Source of the DNA: Hydrogenovibrio sp.
GTDB taxonomy: Bacteria > Pseudomonadota > Gammaproteobacteria > Thiomicrospirales > Thiomicrospiraceae
Direction: 5' to 3'
Length of the DNA: 56,021 bases
Assembly: GCA_965658885.1 (NCBI GenBank)
Contig: CBFHUY010000001.1
Span: forward strand, 1 to 56,021
Below the pieces are notes generated by a model. That model saw only the letters and a program-made list of their open reading frames with translations, made no database searches and was not told the DNA's origin. The position numbers and the translations under genes are program-made. The first letter of the stretch is position 1. Each line of letters begins with the position of its first letter. Positions 31,005 through 40,693 of this stretch are shown here, piece by piece.

Positions 31005-31060
31005 CCTCGCTTTAGCCGTATTTTTAAAGCGCCCGCAAGCTGTAGAATCAAATCGGCGCA
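31005..31060 (-). ncRNA. SAM-II class riboswitch upstream of metK
   Basis: Minus strand GCGCCGATTTGA...GCTTGCGGGCGC...ACGGCTAAAGCGAGG matches SAM-II hallmarks (GCGC..GAUUU, UUGC..GCGC, GCUAAA). The downstream gene fits. Confidence 0.85.
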
Positions 31061-31132
31061 TAATGGTATTGTGAAGAAAAATAGCGGGCGATGCAAGTTT
31101 TTTTCAAAAAATGGATCTGTCAGCATGGTTTA

Positions 31133-31161
31133 TTGTCATCTAGCGGTCATGTATTTGTCAT
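31133..31161 (+). promoter_or_regulatory. Pho-box-like triple direct repeat
   Basis: GTCAT at 31135, 31146 and 31157, exactly 11 bp apart (TTGTCAT/CGGTCAT/TTGTCAT). Confidence 0.7.
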
Positions 31162-31259
31162 AGCAGCTCAATATGCATTGGCTAGAATCAAACCTCTTTT
31201 GTTATATGGTTAATTTTACTAGGTGAGGTCACGCCAGTGAGATTACGTCGGAGTATTTT

Positions 31260-33056
31260 TTGACAATGAATTACCTATCTGATGTGCAGATGGCGCATTT
31301 AAAGCAATCGCCTTTGGGAACTGAATTAAAAGAGATTTTTGCAGAAGAATCGATTCAGACGTTGTTTCAGCCCATTGTCAGTTTGAAAACTAAGCAGGTG
31401 TTTGCCGTTGAAGCCTTGACACGTGGCCCCGTGAATTCGCCCTTATTTTCGCCCATGAATTTGTTTAATTTTGCCAGTGAACAAGGGTGCTTGTTACCCA
31501 TGGATTTAATGGCCAGACGTGTCGCGATTAAGAGTTTTAAACAAGCCATGCCGGAACGCAATATGGCGGCGCATTTATTTTTAAATGTTTCAGTGAGTTC
31601 GATTTTAAGCCAGGAACACCCCTCTGGTTTGACAATAGCCTGTTTGAATGAGTTTGAGGTTGACCCCCAACAAGTGGTGATAGAAATTACCGAGTTGCAA
31701 CCAGTTGAGGACAGCGCGCAGTTTCTAAAAGCCATTCAATATTACCGAAAAATGGGATTTAAGGTCGCCATTGATGATCTGGGGTCTGGCTATAACGGTT
31801 TAAAGCTTTGGTCGGAAGTGAAGCCGGATTATGTCAAAATCGATAAACACTTTATTACCGAAATTGATAAACAAGCTGATAAATACCGCTTTATGCAAAC
31901 CATTTTGACCTTGGCAAATAGCTTGGGAACCAAAGTGATTGCCGAAGGGGTTGAGACTGAATCGGAGCTACGCATTTTAGAAAAGCTGGGCGTGGATTAT
32001 GTCCAAGGGTATTTATTAAAGCGTCCATCACCAATCATTGATGGGGTTTTAGACTACCAGTGGCAGGAAACCTTGCAGGTTGTCGTCAATGAAGAGGAAA
32101 CCATTGCCAGTTTATGTGATCCTGTTTTCTCAATGCCTCTCCATACGCGCGTTAAAGAGATAGCCGAAGTTTTTTTACAACACCCAAAGCGAACCTGTAT
32201 TCCCATTGTCGAAAAAGGACAGGTGTTAGGGATGGTGTGGCGCCGTGAATTAATGGATTTGCTGGCCAGCCAGTTCGGGCGTGAGCTACATCATCGAAAA
32301 CAAGTCAATAAAGTTATGGATCGAACGCCCTTTATTTTTGAGGCAGGCACCTCGCTGGTTGAAGCGAGTCGAGAAATCACCCGTGATACTTCCTATGACA
32401 AGGGGGCATTTATCGTGATCAAAGACGGCCTTTATCAAGGCTGTGGTTCCTTTATGGCGCTACTCGAAATGATGACCGACTTGAAAGTACGTAGTGCCCA
32501 ATATGCCAATCCGCTCTCCGGGTTGCCGGGGAATGTGCCGATTCAACAGACTTTGCAAATGTATTTAGATCGAAAGCAGGCGTTTACCGTGATTTATGTA
32601 GATGTGGATCATTTTAAGGCTTATAACGATCATTATAGTTTTGAGCAAGGGGATCAAGTCATTAGTGCCATAGCTCAGGTGCTGAAGTCGACCGTGAATG
32701 GTTCGCCTGGGTTTATTGGTCATATTGGTGGCGATGACTTTGTGCTGATTTTAGAAACCTTGGATTATCAACCCATTTGTGAAACCATCTTAGAAAAGTT
32801 TCAAACAGCCAGAGCACCTTTTTATACGCAGCAAGATCGTGAAAAAGGGGGCATTGATGCTCAGAGTCGAGATGGCGAATCTCAGTTCTTTCCAATGATG
32901 ACGCTATCATTGGGCGTGTTATTAGTGGATACGCGACTCTTTGAGCATACACAGAAGTTGGCCTCTTTGGCAACCAAGGCGAAAAAAGGGGCAAAGCACC
33001 AAGGGGGGAATACTTACTATTTGGTTGATTCGCGTAAGATTCCCCCCGTACAATAA
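31260..33056 (+). CDS. EAL-CBS-GGDEF c-di-GMP phosphodiesterase/cyclase
   Basis: EALTRG, IEITE, AIDDLGSG, KID, AEGVE, QGY, then a CBS-like middle, then NPLSGLPGN, DVDHFK.YND, GGDDF. Confidence 0.92.
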   Translation: MTMNYLSDVQMAHLKQSPLGTELKEIFAEESIQTLFQPIVSLKTKQVFAVEALTRGPVNSPLFSPMNLFNFASEQGCLLPMDLMARRVAIKSFKQAMPERNMAAHLFLNVSVSSILSQEHPSGLTIACLNEFEVDPQQVVIEITELQPVEDSAQFLKAIQYYRKMGFKVAIDDLGSGYNGLKLWSEVKPDYVKIDKHFITEIDKQADKYRFMQTILTLANSLGTKVIAEGVETESELRILEKLGVDYVQGYLLKRPSPIIDGVLDYQWQETLQVVVNEEETIASLCDPVFSMPLHTRVKEIAEVFLQHPKRTCIPIVEKGQVLGMVWRRELMDLLASQFGRELHHRKQVNKVMDRTPFIFEAGTSLVEASREITRDTSYDKGAFIVIKDGLYQGCGSFMALLEMMTDLKVRSAQYANPLSGLPGNVPIQQTLQMYLDRKQAFTVIYVDVDHFKAYNDHYSFEQGDQVISAIAQVLKSTVNGSPGFIGHIGGDDFVLILETLDYQPICETILEKFQTARAPFYTQQDREKGGIDAQSRDGESQFFPMMTLSLGVLLVDTRLFEHTQKLASLATKAKKGAKHQGGNTYYLVDSRKIPPVQ

Positions 33057-33197
33057 AGTGCTATGATTATCTGATAAATGGGGTTGCAGCGGCTAAAACG
33101 CTCTGAGGTTGTCCTTTTTTCGCGATCTATTTGATTTGCTTGCAAAAGTTTGGAACTCCTGTAAAATTAACGGCTTTTTTCAAAACAGGTACAGATA

Positions 33198-33713
33198 ATG
33201 GCTTCTGTGAATACGTTAACGGCAACAGCGCCTTTGGTGGGCGTTATTATGGGGTCAACATCCGACTGGCCGACCATGGAGAAGGCAGTGGAAATGCTTG
33301 AGCAGTTTGGAGTTGCGCATGAAGTTCGGGTGGTTTCCGCGCATCGCACCCCCGATTTAATGTTTGAATATGCAGCAACAGCGGAATCACGTGGACTGCA
33401 AGTGATTATTGCCGGAGCTGGCGGCGCGGCACACCTACCCGGTATGGTTGCGGCTAAAACCTTGGTGCCGGTATTGGGCGTGCCAATTCAGTCACGTGCG
33501 CTCAGTGGAAAAGACTCCTTGTTATCGATTGTGCAAATGCCTGGCGGGATTCCAGTTGGTACTTTGGCCATTGGTGAAGCAGGTGCAAAAAATGCCGGTA
33601 TTTTGGCCGCCCAAATCGTTGCCAATCATGTCCCCGAAGTGAAATCGGCATTGCAAGCCTTTAGGCAGCAACAGACGCAAGCCGTCCTAGCGCAAGGTGA
33701 CCCAAGAGCTTAA
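33198..33713 (+). CDS. purE: N5-CAIR mutase
   Basis: [30 protein letters not shown]. Confidence 0.98.
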   Translation: MASVNTLTATAPLVGVIMGSTSDWPTMEKAVEMLEQFGVAHEVRVVSAHRTPDLMFEYAATAESRGLQVIIAGAGGAAHLPGMVAAKTLVPVLGVPIQSRALSGKDSLLSIVQMPGGIPVGTLAIGEAGAKNAGILAAQIVANHVPEVKSALQAFRQQQTQAVLAQGDPRA

Positions 33714-33782
33714 TTGCAAGTGGTTGATGGTACAATTGACTGCGATAATGTGATGAATTAGGTCTTAACGAACAACTTTTGA

Positions 33783-34916
33783 ATGGAATACTTTATGACG
33801 CCCATTACGAAAAAAATTGGTGTGTTGGGAGCGGGGCAGCTAGGTCGTATGTTGGCTACTTCCGGTTACCCATTGGGGCAGCGATTTGCTTTTTTAGCTC
33901 AGTCGGTAGAAGAGCCTGCTGCAAGGCTTGGACAGTTGATCTTAGCCGAAACAGCGGATGATCAAAATGCCGTCAAGGCGTTGGAAGATTTCGCCGATGT
34001 CATTACCTATGAAAGTGAAAATACTTCGGTAGAGTGGGTGCGGGAAATGGCGAAAACCACGCCTGTTTATCCCGCCGAAAAATCGTTATTTCATGCGCAA
34101 CATCGCGGTCGTGAAAAAGGCTTGTTTGACCAATTATCAATACCTTGTGCGCCTTATCAGGTGGTGGATTCGTTAGAAAGTTTAACACAGGCGGTTGAAG
34201 CGTTAGGGTTGCCAGCCGTCTTGAAAACCACCACAGAAGGCTATGATGGCAAAGGGCAGTTTTTGCTCAAGGAAACCAGCCAAATTGCCCAGGCCTGGCA
34301 AGAAATCGGTGGTAGAGAACTGATTTTAGAAGGCTTTATTGAATTTAGTCGAGAGTTGTCCATTGTTGCTGTTCGCAATGCACAAAACGAACATGTCTAT
34401 TATCCGTTGGTGCAAAATGTTCATGAGGATGGCATCTTACGCTATACCATCGCACCAGCGCGTCAAATATCTGACGAAATCCAAACCCAAGCCGAAGCGT
34501 ATATGAAAGCGCTGTTAGATGAGTTAGATCATGTTGGGGTTTTGACGCTGGAGCTGTTTGAAACCCTTGATGGTTTGGTTGCCAATGAGATGGCCCCCCG
34601 TGTTCATAATTCAGGACACTGGACGATTGAAGGGGCACACACCAGTCAGTTTGAGAATCATGTTCGCGCGATCAGCGGGTTGCCTTTGGGTGATACCTCG
34701 CCGCGTCAACCGCTGGCTGCTATGGTGAATATTATTGGAGAAACTGGGCCGGTGGAGCAGGTTTTAACCATGCCGCAAGCGCATTTGCATTTGTATGATA
34801 AAGCGGAAAGAGCGGGCCGTAAGTTAGGGCATATTACCGTTTTGGCTGATGATGAAACGGAACTGTTCTCTCACATGAATGCATTAAAAGCCTTTTTACC
34901 CGCAACAGACGGTTAG
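33783..34916 (+). CDS. purK: N5-CAIR synthetase
   Basis: GAGQLGRM, GYDGKGQ, NEMAPRVHNSGHW, RKLGH. Alternative start at 33795. Confidence 0.96.
   Translation: MEYFMTPITKKIGVLGAGQLGRMLATSGYPLGQRFAFLAQSVEEPAARLGQLILAETADDQNAVKALEDFADVITYESENTSVEWVREMAKTTPVYPAEKSLFHAQHRGREKGLFDQLSIPCAPYQVVDSLESLTQAVEALGLPAVLKTTTEGYDGKGQFLLKETSQIAQAWQEIGGRELILEGFIEFSRELSIVAVRNAQNEHVYYPLVQNVHEDGILRYTIAPARQISDEIQTQAEAYMKALLDELDHVGVLTLELFETLDGLVANEMAPRVHNSGHWTIEGAHTSQFENHVRAISGLPLGDTSPRQPLAAMVNIIGETGPVEQVLTMPQAHLHLYDKAERAGRKLGHITVLADDETELFSHMNALKAFLPATDG
34289..34298. repeat. CCAGGCCTGG core in purK (AQAWQ)
   Basis: aaattgc-CCAGGCCTGG-caag. Confidence 0.65.
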
Positions 34917-34922
34917 GCATCT

Positions 34923-36386
34923 TTAGTCGCCGTACTTTAATAATTGGCTCAGGGTTTCAATGACATCGGTTGGTAAAATGCCTGCTTGGCTTTTTTGGTT
35001 GGCGAGCAGGTCACCACTATGGGCATGACAACTCACCGCTAAACAGGCAGCATCAAATAAATTCAGTCCTTGGCCGATAAAGCTGGCAAGCGCGCCCGTT
35101 AAAACATCGCCCATGCCACCAACCGCCATGCCCGCATTTCCAGCAGTGCACAATTCCATTTGTTGACCGTCATAGATTAAGGTGCCATTGCCTTTGAGCA
35201 CAATCACGCCGCCATATTTTTCCTGTAACTGACGAATCGCTTGAAAGCGATTGCTCTGGATGCTTTGAGTGGTGGTGTTTAGTAGCCTGGCGGCTTCGCC
35301 AGGGTGGGGGGTTAAAACCCAGTCATGCCGTTTTTGTGGGGATTTTGCCAGCAAGTTAAGTGCATCCGCATCAACCACCTTAGCGATATCCAAAGGAATC
35401 ATCTGCTGCCAAAGTTGTTGCGCCCACTCGTCTTGCCCTAGACCGGGGCCTATCGCTATCGCTTTACTGGATTCAAGCAGGGGTGCCAATTGGTGTGGTG
35501 CATCTGCATCATAAACCATCAGTTCCGGTTGAGCCTGAGTGATGGCTAAACAATGCTCCAATTTGGTTAAAATTTTAACCAGGCCTGCGCCGCTATTGAG
35601 TGCTGCCATACCGGCTAACTGGATGGCGCCCATCATATTACGATTACCACCAATCAACAATAAAGTGCCTTGGCTGCCCTTGTGAGCGGCGGACTTAAGC
35701 GGGGGGCGCTTTTTTAACCAATGGTTTAAAGCATGGTTTTGAGCAATAAAAGGTTGGTCTTTGAATAAGCGGGGTGGAAGGAATAGGTCACTGAAATAGA
35801 TTTTGCCAGCGGTATCGGTTCCTTGGGCTGTGTAGAGTCCAGGTTTATGGGTGATAAAGGTACAGGTGTAACTTGCTTGAATTGCCACGCCCAATATCTC
35901 GCCAGTGTCAGCACTTAAGCCGCTGGGGATATCGATTGCTAAAACGGGTTTTTGCGCGGCATTGATTTGTTGAAACTGTTGCGCCAGTTCACCGGTAACT
36001 GGTTTATTCAGGCCAATGCCAAACACCGCATCAATAATGATATCGGCCTTGGCCAGCGCGGTTTCTGTTAAGGGAGAAGCGCTGAGGCCCATCGCTTGGC
36101 ATTCCTGCCAGACGCTGAAGGCATCGCCCTGAATTTGTGAGGCATTACCCAGTAGCACTATCTCAACCTCAAATCCTTCAATCATGGCATATTGTGCCAA
36201 CATCAAGCCGTCACCACCGTTATTGCCGGTTCCGGCAATAATGAGCAGGTGCTTGGCTTTCGGTGCGAGATGGTTGAGTGTTTTATAGGCAAACATCGCG
36301 GCGCGTTTCATCAGCAAAATACCAGGGATGTGCGCTTGAGCTAAATGGTCGAGCTGCTTGCTTTGCTGTGCGTTATAAAATTTCAT
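34923..36386 (-). CDS. nnr: Bifunctional NAD(P)H-hydrate epimerase/dehydratase
   Basis: GTGNNGGDG, DIPSG, HKG, GPGLG, LTPHPGEA, GMGDVLTG. Confidence 0.94.
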   Translation of the reverse strand: MKFYNAQQSKQLDHLAQAHIPGILLMKRAAMFAYKTLNHLAPKAKHLLIIAGTGNNGGDGLMLAQYAMIEGFEVEIVLLGNASQIQGDAFSVWQECQAMGLSASPLTETALAKADIIIDAVFGIGLNKPVTGELAQQFQQINAAQKPVLAIDIPSGLSADTGEILGVAIQASYTCTFITHKPGLYTAQGTDTAGKIYFSDLFLPPRLFKDQPFIAQNHALNHWLKKRPPLKSAAHKGSQGTLLLIGGNRNMMGAIQLAGMAALNSGAGLVKILTKLEHCLAITQAQPELMVYDADAPHQLAPLLESSKAIAIGPGLGQDEWAQQLWQQMIPLDIAKVVDADALNLLAKSPQKRHDWVLTPHPGEAARLLNTTTQSIQSNRFQAIRQLQEKYGGVIVLKGNGTLIYDGQQMELCTAGNAGMAVGGMGDVLTGALASFIGQGLNLFDAACLAVSCHAHSGDLLANQKSQAGILPTDVIETLSQLLKYGD

Positions 36387-36404
36387 AAGCCGATTTCAAA
36401 TTAT

Positions 36405-37172
36405 TTAGGTAAACCAAATCAGTAAGGTGATACCAAATAGGATACGGTAAATACCAAACGCATTAAAGGTAAAGTTTTCTAGGAATTTTAGAAACAGTTT
36501 AATGGTGAGCCAAGCAAAGATAAACGCGGTTATAAAACCGACAATGAGTGGCATCCAGCTTGAATCTGCAAAGTCCTGATAGTGTTTAACCAGATCCAGC
36601 CCTGACGCAGCCAGTAAGACCGGAAGTGCTAATAAAAACGAAAATTCGGCTGAGGTTTTACGATCCAGTCCGACGATCATGCCGCCAATAATCGATGCGC
36701 CAGCACGGCTGGTTCCCGGAATTAAGGCAAACATTTGTGCAATCCCAATCCAAAAGGATTGTTTGAGGCTGAGGTCTTCCATATCCTGTGTGCGGTGTTT
36801 GCCTGGCACATAAAGCTTTTCCACGATTAAGAAAATCACCCCGCCAATGATAAATAGCCAAGCCACAGTTTCAATGGTAAAGAGTGCTTTGATATGGTCT
36901 TGTAATAAAAAACCAACGGCTGCAATCGGTAAGAACGCAATAAAGACATGTCCCCAGAGTCGGCTGTGTTCGCTTGAAAACTTGTCTTGATAGTGTGAGA
37001 AGATGGCGAGAATGGCCGCTACTTGAATAATCACTTCAAAGGCTTTATTTTGCTGAGTGGCTTCCACCCCTAGCCACTCACTAGCAATAATCAAATGGCC
37101 TGTTGAAGAAATCGGTAAAAATTCGGTCAGACCTTCAATAATGCCTAAAATAGCGGCTTGAAACAATTCCAT
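36405..37172 (-). CDS. uppP: Undecaprenyl-diphosphatase
   Basis: [26 protein letters not shown]. Confidence 0.96.
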   Translation of the reverse strand: MELFQAAILGIIEGLTEFLPISSTGHLIIASEWLGVEATQQNKAFEVIIQVAAILAIFSHYQDKFSSEHSRLWGHVFIAFLPIAAVGFLLQDHIKALFTIETVAWLFIIGGVIFLIVEKLYVPGKHRTQDMEDLSLKQSFWIGIAQMFALIPGTSRAGASIIGGMIVGLDRKTSAEFSFLLALPVLLAASGLDLVKHYQDFADSSWMPLIVGFITAFIFAWLTIKLFLKFLENFTFNAFGIYRILFGITLLIWFT

Positions 37173-37205
37173 AAATAAATTTTCCTTGTTGAGTTATCGG
37201 GATGC

Positions 37206-38396
37206 TTAAAGCTGGTGACGCAAGTCGCGAAGTTGAAAGCCCATTAAAGGCAGGTCAATATTTTTCGTTAATGCAATCACTTTAAAATTCTCTCCCATTT
37301 CATTGGGGAGAGTTAGGGTTTTAATCTGTTGGGCCAGCTTCAGTGAGCTGACAACATTGTCTGGATCAGACAATTCGGCAGACATCTCTAAAATACCGCT
37401 GCTCATTAAAAAGTGAGCTTGGGTGGTAAAGCCAGCCACCTTAAAGCCGACATCAAACCCGGCTTCAGCCACTTGGGTAAAATCTACGTGGGCAGTAATG
37501 TCTTGCAGGCCTGGGTAAAAAAACGGGTCACTATGGGCACGGTGTTGATAGTGGCATCGCAAAGTTCCCATTTTTCGGGCGGGCTGATAATACTCTTGTC
37601 GGGTATAGCCATAATCAATCAGCAGCAATGCGCCTTGTTGAAGAAAGTCGGCAATCGAATGCAGCCAAGGATGAATATTGGCATTGACTTCGGTTTCATA
37701 ACCTTGCGGAGACGGGGTGCCAATTTGTTTTAAAATTTGATTGCAGGTGGTTTGTAGATCCGCTTCGCTGATGGTGTGATAACGCCATTCAAATCTTTGT
37801 TTTTCTTCGTTATACTCAACAAACCCGCGGAGTGTCTGCTCTGCTTCTAGACGCAATTTTTCAACGGGCATGGCATCCAGCACTTCGTTGGCAATAATGA
37901 CCGCTGACAGAGGCGCTTGCGGGAGTTGATCCAACCAAACGACTTTTTGTTGCAAAGATTGAGGAAGGGTTGCTAGGGTTTCAGCCTGTTTCTGTTTTAA
38001 ATCGGCACTGAGCTCGATAATGTAGTAGTTTTCTAAGGGTTGATTGGTTTCATCCAGTGCCAGTAAAAAATCCCTGGCTAAAGTGCCTTTCCCAGCGCCG
38101 AATTCAATCACATTTGGTTGATCCAATTCGGTCAAAATTTGGCTGGCTTGACGGGCTAAACAACGTGCAAACAACGGTGAAATTTCGGGCGCGGTAATAA
38201 AGTCGCCTTCCGCCCCTATTTTGGGTAAGCCGCTGGTATAGTAGCCGAGTCCTGGGGTATAGAGTGCCAATTCCATAAAACGCGGAAAAGGCATAGGGCC
38301 ATGACGCTTTAAGGTCTGGCGGATTTTTTGTGTCAGTTCAGCGCTGCGCTGTTTTAAAGGTTCGGGTGGTTCCGGAAGGGTAAATTTGGGTTTCAT
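37206..38396 (-). CDS. SAM-dependent methyltransferase, MidA/NDUFAF7 family
   Basis: FMELALY..LGYY, GDFITAPE, EFGAGKG, ANEVLDA, IDYG, QDITAHVDF. Confidence 0.92.
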   Translation of the reverse strand: MKPKFTLPEPPEPLKQRSAELTQKIRQTLKRHGPMPFPRFMELALYTPGLGYYTSGLPKIGAEGDFITAPEISPLFARCLARQASQILTELDQPNVIEFGAGKGTLARDFLLALDETNQPLENYYIIELSADLKQKQAETLATLPQSLQQKVVWLDQLPQAPLSAVIIANEVLDAMPVEKLRLEAEQTLRGFVEYNEEKQRFEWRYHTISEADLQTTCNQILKQIGTPSPQGYETEVNANIHPWLHSIADFLQQGALLLIDYGYTRQEYYQPARKMGTLRCHYQHRAHSDPFFYPGLQDITAHVDFTQVAEAGFDVGFKVAGFTTQAHFLMSSGILEMSAELSDPDNVVSSLKLAQQIKTLTLPNEMGENFKVIALTKNIDLPLMGFQLRDLRHQL

Positions 38397-38513
38397 AGTA
38401 TTTTCAATTATGGTCGAAGTGTTAGTTGCAATGCATTCTTCTGTTGAGAGAACGGCATGACTTTATTTTTAGGGTATTATATTACAGCTTGAAAGTGGTT
38501 AAGGGTGAAGTTA

Positions 38514-38530
38514 TTGGCAGTGTTTTTGCT
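38514..38530 (+). promoter_or_regulatory. Sigma54 (-24/-12) promoter for the FliG-C-like pair
   Basis: TTGGCAGTGTTTTTGCT has exact GG-N10-GC spacing and lies 38 nt upstream of ATG 38569. Confidence 0.7.
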
Positions 38531-38568
38531 TTCAGTTGAAATAGCAAATGTTTTAAGGAACGAATTCG

Positions 38569-39033
38569 ATGAAATTAGGGATTAAAAAAAACCACGAAAA
38601 CGAATGGTTGGTGCATATCGGTTTTGCCACGGTCAAGCTGGACCGCTTTTCTGTTGAACTGCTCAATATTACCCTTGAACATTTAATTGCGTTGGATCAT
38701 GGTGAAACCCATTCCATTTTGCAAAGTTACATAGCTATGGGGTTAAAGATTAAAGATTTGGATGCGGCCGGTATTCAATTGTTGGTTTTAGAATCCGATA
38801 ACCAAGATTTACTGAAATTAATGCAGGTTGCCAATGATCAGGATTTAAATGATGCGATTATCAAAAATGCCGGTGGTATTTTGGCTCGACAGTTAAAATC
38901 CGATTTTGAAAAATCCGCACAGCCAGATACGGATGTGGCAAAAGAAGCCATTAAACGCATCGTAGAGACCTTGTTTAACCTTGAAACGCAAGGGAAAATT
39001 GAATTTTACGATGAAAATAAGCGTTATATTTAG
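38569..39033 (+). CDS. Stand-alone FliG C-terminal-domain-like protein A
   Basis: LDAAGIQLLVLESDNQDL...IIKN...EAIKRIVETLFNLETQGKI parallels the FliG_C pattern. AAGGA SD. Confidence 0.75.
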   Translation: MKLGIKKNHENEWLVHIGFATVKLDRFSVELLNITLEHLIALDHGETHSILQSYIAMGLKIKDLDAAGIQLLVLESDNQDLLKLMQVANDQDLNDAIIKNAGGILARQLKSDFEKSAQPDTDVAKEAIKRIVETLFNLETQGKIEFYDENKRYI

Positions 39034-39041
39034 AGGTTTTT

Positions 39042-39506
39042 ATGGAGATTACTGCAAAAAAAGATGAAAACGGGCATTTAATGTTGGGGTTTGGCGGCGT
39101 GACCTTTGAATTGCCTGAAAATGCCATTGAGTCTTTACAAAAACTGATTGGTGGACGTTTGGCGCAAACGGCAGGCGGCAACACCGAGAGCTTGCAGCGT
39201 AAAATTAAAACCTATCGAAATTTAGCGACCAAAATGATTATCGTCGACGATGTGGTTTTACAGTCCATTTTGCCTAGAATGAAGCCAGAGCAATTAGTCA
39301 CGATGGTGCGTCTTGCTGATGGAGAGCGACTGTTTCATAAGGTGATACGGAATTTATCTCGGCAAAATGGCAAACAATTTCAACAAGATTATTTAGATTT
39401 TGATCAAATTACCGAACATCAAGCCTGTGTTTATATGGAACAGATTATCCCCTTAATTAAAGAAGCGGCGCAAATGCAGAAAAACCGCCAATTCGAGCAA
39501 GCCTGA
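39042..39506 (+). CDS. Stand-alone FliG C-terminal-domain-like protein B
   Basis: VDDVVLQSILPRMKPEQL...KVIRNLSRQ parallels FliG_C. Same length (154 aa) and similar N-terminus to its neighbour. GAGG SD. Confidence 0.7.
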   Translation: MEITAKKDENGHLMLGFGGVTFELPENAIESLQKLIGGRLAQTAGGNTESLQRKIKTYRNLATKMIIVDDVVLQSILPRMKPEQLVTMVRLADGERLFHKVIRNLSRQNGKQFQQDYLDFDQITEHQACVYMEQIIPLIKEAAQMQKNRQFEQA

Positions 39507-39526
39507 TTGTTAGGCGCTTAGGTTAG

Positions 39527-39919
39527 TCACTGGCTTGAACGGCGACGGCGAATTTTTAGACCAACGGCGTTAGCGGCAATCACTGCGTGCGGTTTATTGA
39601 GGGTTAGTGCAATTTCGCTGACTTTGGGATAGTGGTTGAAAAGGCGTTGACAGAGTTGCTCCGCCAAGGTTTCAATGAGTTCAAACCGACTGGCTTTTAC
39701 CCATTCGATAATGTCATCACTCACTGTTTTATAGTTAACCGTATCGTTAATCGCATCAGATTGCGCCGAGTCGACTAAAGATGTGCTTAATTCAATATCA
39801 AAAATTAAAGGCTGTTCAGCCTGTTTTTCCCAATCATAAATGCCAATAATGGTGTCAACGCGCAATCCATGAATAAACAAAATATCTGAAATGGGCTCGT
39901 CACAGCAAGGTGTCGTCAT
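39527..39919 (-). CDS. folB: Dihydroneopterin aldolase
   Basis: IGIYDWE...Q, TVNY, LIETLAE, KPHA, folB-plsY-tsaD synteny. Confidence 0.95.
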   Translation of the reverse strand: MTTPCCDEPISDILFIHGLRVDTIIGIYDWEKQAEQPLIFDIELSTSLVDSAQSDAINDTVNYKTVSDDIIEWVKASRFELIETLAEQLCQRLFNHYPKVSEIALTLNKPHAVIAANAVGLKIRRRRSSQ

Positions 39920-40010
39920 CGTTTTTTAAATCCGTGGTAGAAAGATTTCGATATTATCACAGACTCCGTTAAAATAGCGACCCAAAATCATAATCGTAAG
40001 AGGTGTTTCA

Positions 40011-40637
40011 ATGGATTTAATGCTGATTGGGCAATGGGGCTTGGCTTTATTGGGCGCCTATTTATTAGGGTCGCTATCGTCAGCGATTATTGTCTGTCGT
40101 CTGATGGGCTTGGCTGATCCGCGTCAAGCTGGCTCTGGTAATCCAGGCGCCACCAATGTGAAACGTCTATATGGAAGTAAGCCCGCAGCCATTACCTTAT
40201 TAGGCGACCTCTTAAAAGGTTTTTTACCTGTGTTATTGGCGAATCAACTCGGTGCTGACGCCCTTTGGGTTATTTTAATTGGCTTGGCGAGCTTTTTAGG
40301 GCATTTATATCCGGTGTTTTTTGGATTTAAAGGCGGAAAAGGGGTGGCAACTATGTTGGGGGTGATGTTCGGCTTATCCTTGCCAATCGGGTTGGCTGTT
40401 GCCGGAACCTGGTTGTTTGTCGCTAAGGCATTAAAGGTATCTTCCTTATCCGCGCTCGTGGCGACTGCATTAGCGCCATTTTATATTTATTTGCTAACCG
40501 ACATGGCATCAGAAACGGGTGCAGAAATGACTTGGGTTGCCGTCACCACCTTAATGACGGTTATTTTGTTTTGGCGTCATAGAAGCAATATTGAGCGCCT
40601 TTTAAAAGGCGAAGAAAGTTTTATTAGCAAAAAATAA
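40011..40637 (+). CDS. plsY: Glycerol-3-phosphate acyltransferase
   Basis: YLLGS, GSGNPGATN, GHLYP, GGKGVAT, RHRSNI. Confidence 0.96.
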   Translation: MDLMLIGQWGLALLGAYLLGSLSSAIIVCRLMGLADPRQAGSGNPGATNVKRLYGSKPAAITLLGDLLKGFLPVLLANQLGADALWVILIGLASFLGHLYPVFFGFKGGKGVATMLGVMFGLSLPIGLAVAGTWLFVAKALKVSSLSALVATALAPFYIYLLTDMASETGAEMTWVAVTTLMTVILFWRHRSNIERLLKGEESFISKK

Positions 40638-40647
40638 CCAGGCCTGG
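40638..40647. repeat. CCAGGCCTGG core directly after the plsY stop
   Basis: caaaaaataa-CCAGGCCTGG-tttgttttg. Confidence 0.88.
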
Positions 40648-40693
40648 TTTGTTTTGAATGGCCAGCGTTGCTTTTACTTTGGGTCTCGTATTG

